This document shows, one piece after another, positions 62,897-64,000 of a stretch of 64,000 nt of DNA. How positions within the stretch are numbered: position 1 is the stretch's first letter; every line of letters starts with the position of its first letter. The stretch spans positions 83,516,001-83,580,000 of the forward strand of contig OZ076409.1 in the NCBI GenBank assembly GCA_964187785.1. The letters run 5' to 3'. The position numbers and the translations under genes were made by a program. The stretch comes from Amphiscolops sp. MND2022. Its lineage: Eukaryota. The notes under the pieces were generated by a model, which had not been told where the DNA came from, ran no database searches, and saw only the letters and a list, made by a program, of their open reading frames with translations.

Positions 62897-63505
62897 TTCT
62901 TGTGATAATCTTCATTCTACCTAAATGTTTTATACAATTTAAATTATCCAGTATTATACCTGTCAATTATGCCTGTCGTTTATTCAAATTTACGAAGATG
63001 AAATTACACTTTCTCCCAGTTGTTTTGAGAAATCATGGACCACGTCTTTTTATCTACCCAGGTACAATTTATGTCGACAAGAAGGTAGGTAAAACCTTGT
63101 GTTTCCATTAAGTTTGTTTTACGAACTTTTGTTTATGATCTTTCAGAAAACAAAAAAAATTATTCTGTCAATTTGTTTACACACAGGAGATACTGATGGG
63201 GGGTTGGTACAATTCGATATGTCATTGATGAACGCAGTATCTCGAAAAGACAAACCCTTATTCTGTGAATTTTACTTTAAGAACTTTTATTGATGTTTTT
63301 TCAGAATCAAATGTGTTATGTAAACTGTTGCATTGGCGTTCATGAGGTAAGATTTTTGGTACTCTCGACCAATAATGAAGCTGTTTAAAACAGCAATATA
63401 TATAATATTTTGGTATTTTATACCAGGTGAACCAGAAAAAACGGTCCAGAGAAAAATATACTATAGTATATAAAAAATATACTAATATCATATTATATCT
63501 TATTT

Positions 63506-63604
63506 AAAAAATAATTTGTAAAGAATTCTAAGGTATAGTAGATCAGAAAAAAATATAACATTTTCTGATATACTATACCTTAAAATTCTTTACAAATTAT
63601 TTTT
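63506..63604. repeat. ~44-bp inverted repeat, 2 mismatches, short loop
   Basis: aaaaataatttgtaaagaattctaaggtatagtagatcagaaaa … ttttctgatatactataccttaaaattctttacaaattattttt. Confidence 0.9.
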
Positions 63605-64000
63605 ATTATTAGAAACAATCAACGTTATTAGAAGTCATGGATCTAGGGACGTCTTATTTCTAATTCATATAAACAAAAACCATTAAAACGAATTTCCCAG
63701 CTGAGAAAAGACACTAAATTTTGTTTTTTTTTAAGGAATTTGTTTTATTTATACTGCCGGAGTTTTAGTTACAAATACCTGTTTTTTTATCGACTTTTCA
63801 TTATTGAAACTTTTTGGTGTCCGGGAAATACGCCCAAGGAAGAACAGAATTTCCTACGATTTTAGCCTGTAGAAAATGAAAACTAAATTTTTTTACTTGA
63901 ATTTTTTTTTAAACAACTAAAAACAAATTAGAGCAAGTTCCAATATCATGTCGAAATTATAAATCGATTAAATGTGCCCAAATAATTGCAACTAATTAAA

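Overview
Repeat-rich eukaryotic (invertebrate-animal-like) genomic DNA. Bases 1-11095 are the right-hand part of a largely intact endogenous Polinton/Maverick (adintovirus-type) virus. It encodes major and minor capsid proteins, retroviral-type integrase, A32-like ATPase, adenain-like protease, a probable pPolB N-terminus running off the left edge, and about ten accessory ORFs, and it ends in ACTACT. Its notable features are a self-complementary Y-shaped 3' terminal hairpin with GAA-triloop arms, TAAATG at 13 of 15 gene starts, a hairpin-bearing 51-bp array between divergent genes, and three genes each split by one extra A. Next come a four-unit ~2.1-kb tandem array built from decayed Polinton PolB C-termini and two coding exons of cytoplasmic tyrosyl-tRNA synthetase whose downstream exons are not visible. 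Further right are MITEs, a Penelope fragment with a hammerhead motif, a 1.8-kb tandem duplication with a young LINE in one copy, older LINEs and a decayed Gypsy element. After an assembly gap there is a ~9.5-kb near-identical duplication containing nested GG...CC/8-bp-TSD non-autonomous elements that appear to combine different terminal arms with a shared structured core. All homology calls come from motif recognition by eye; no searches were run.
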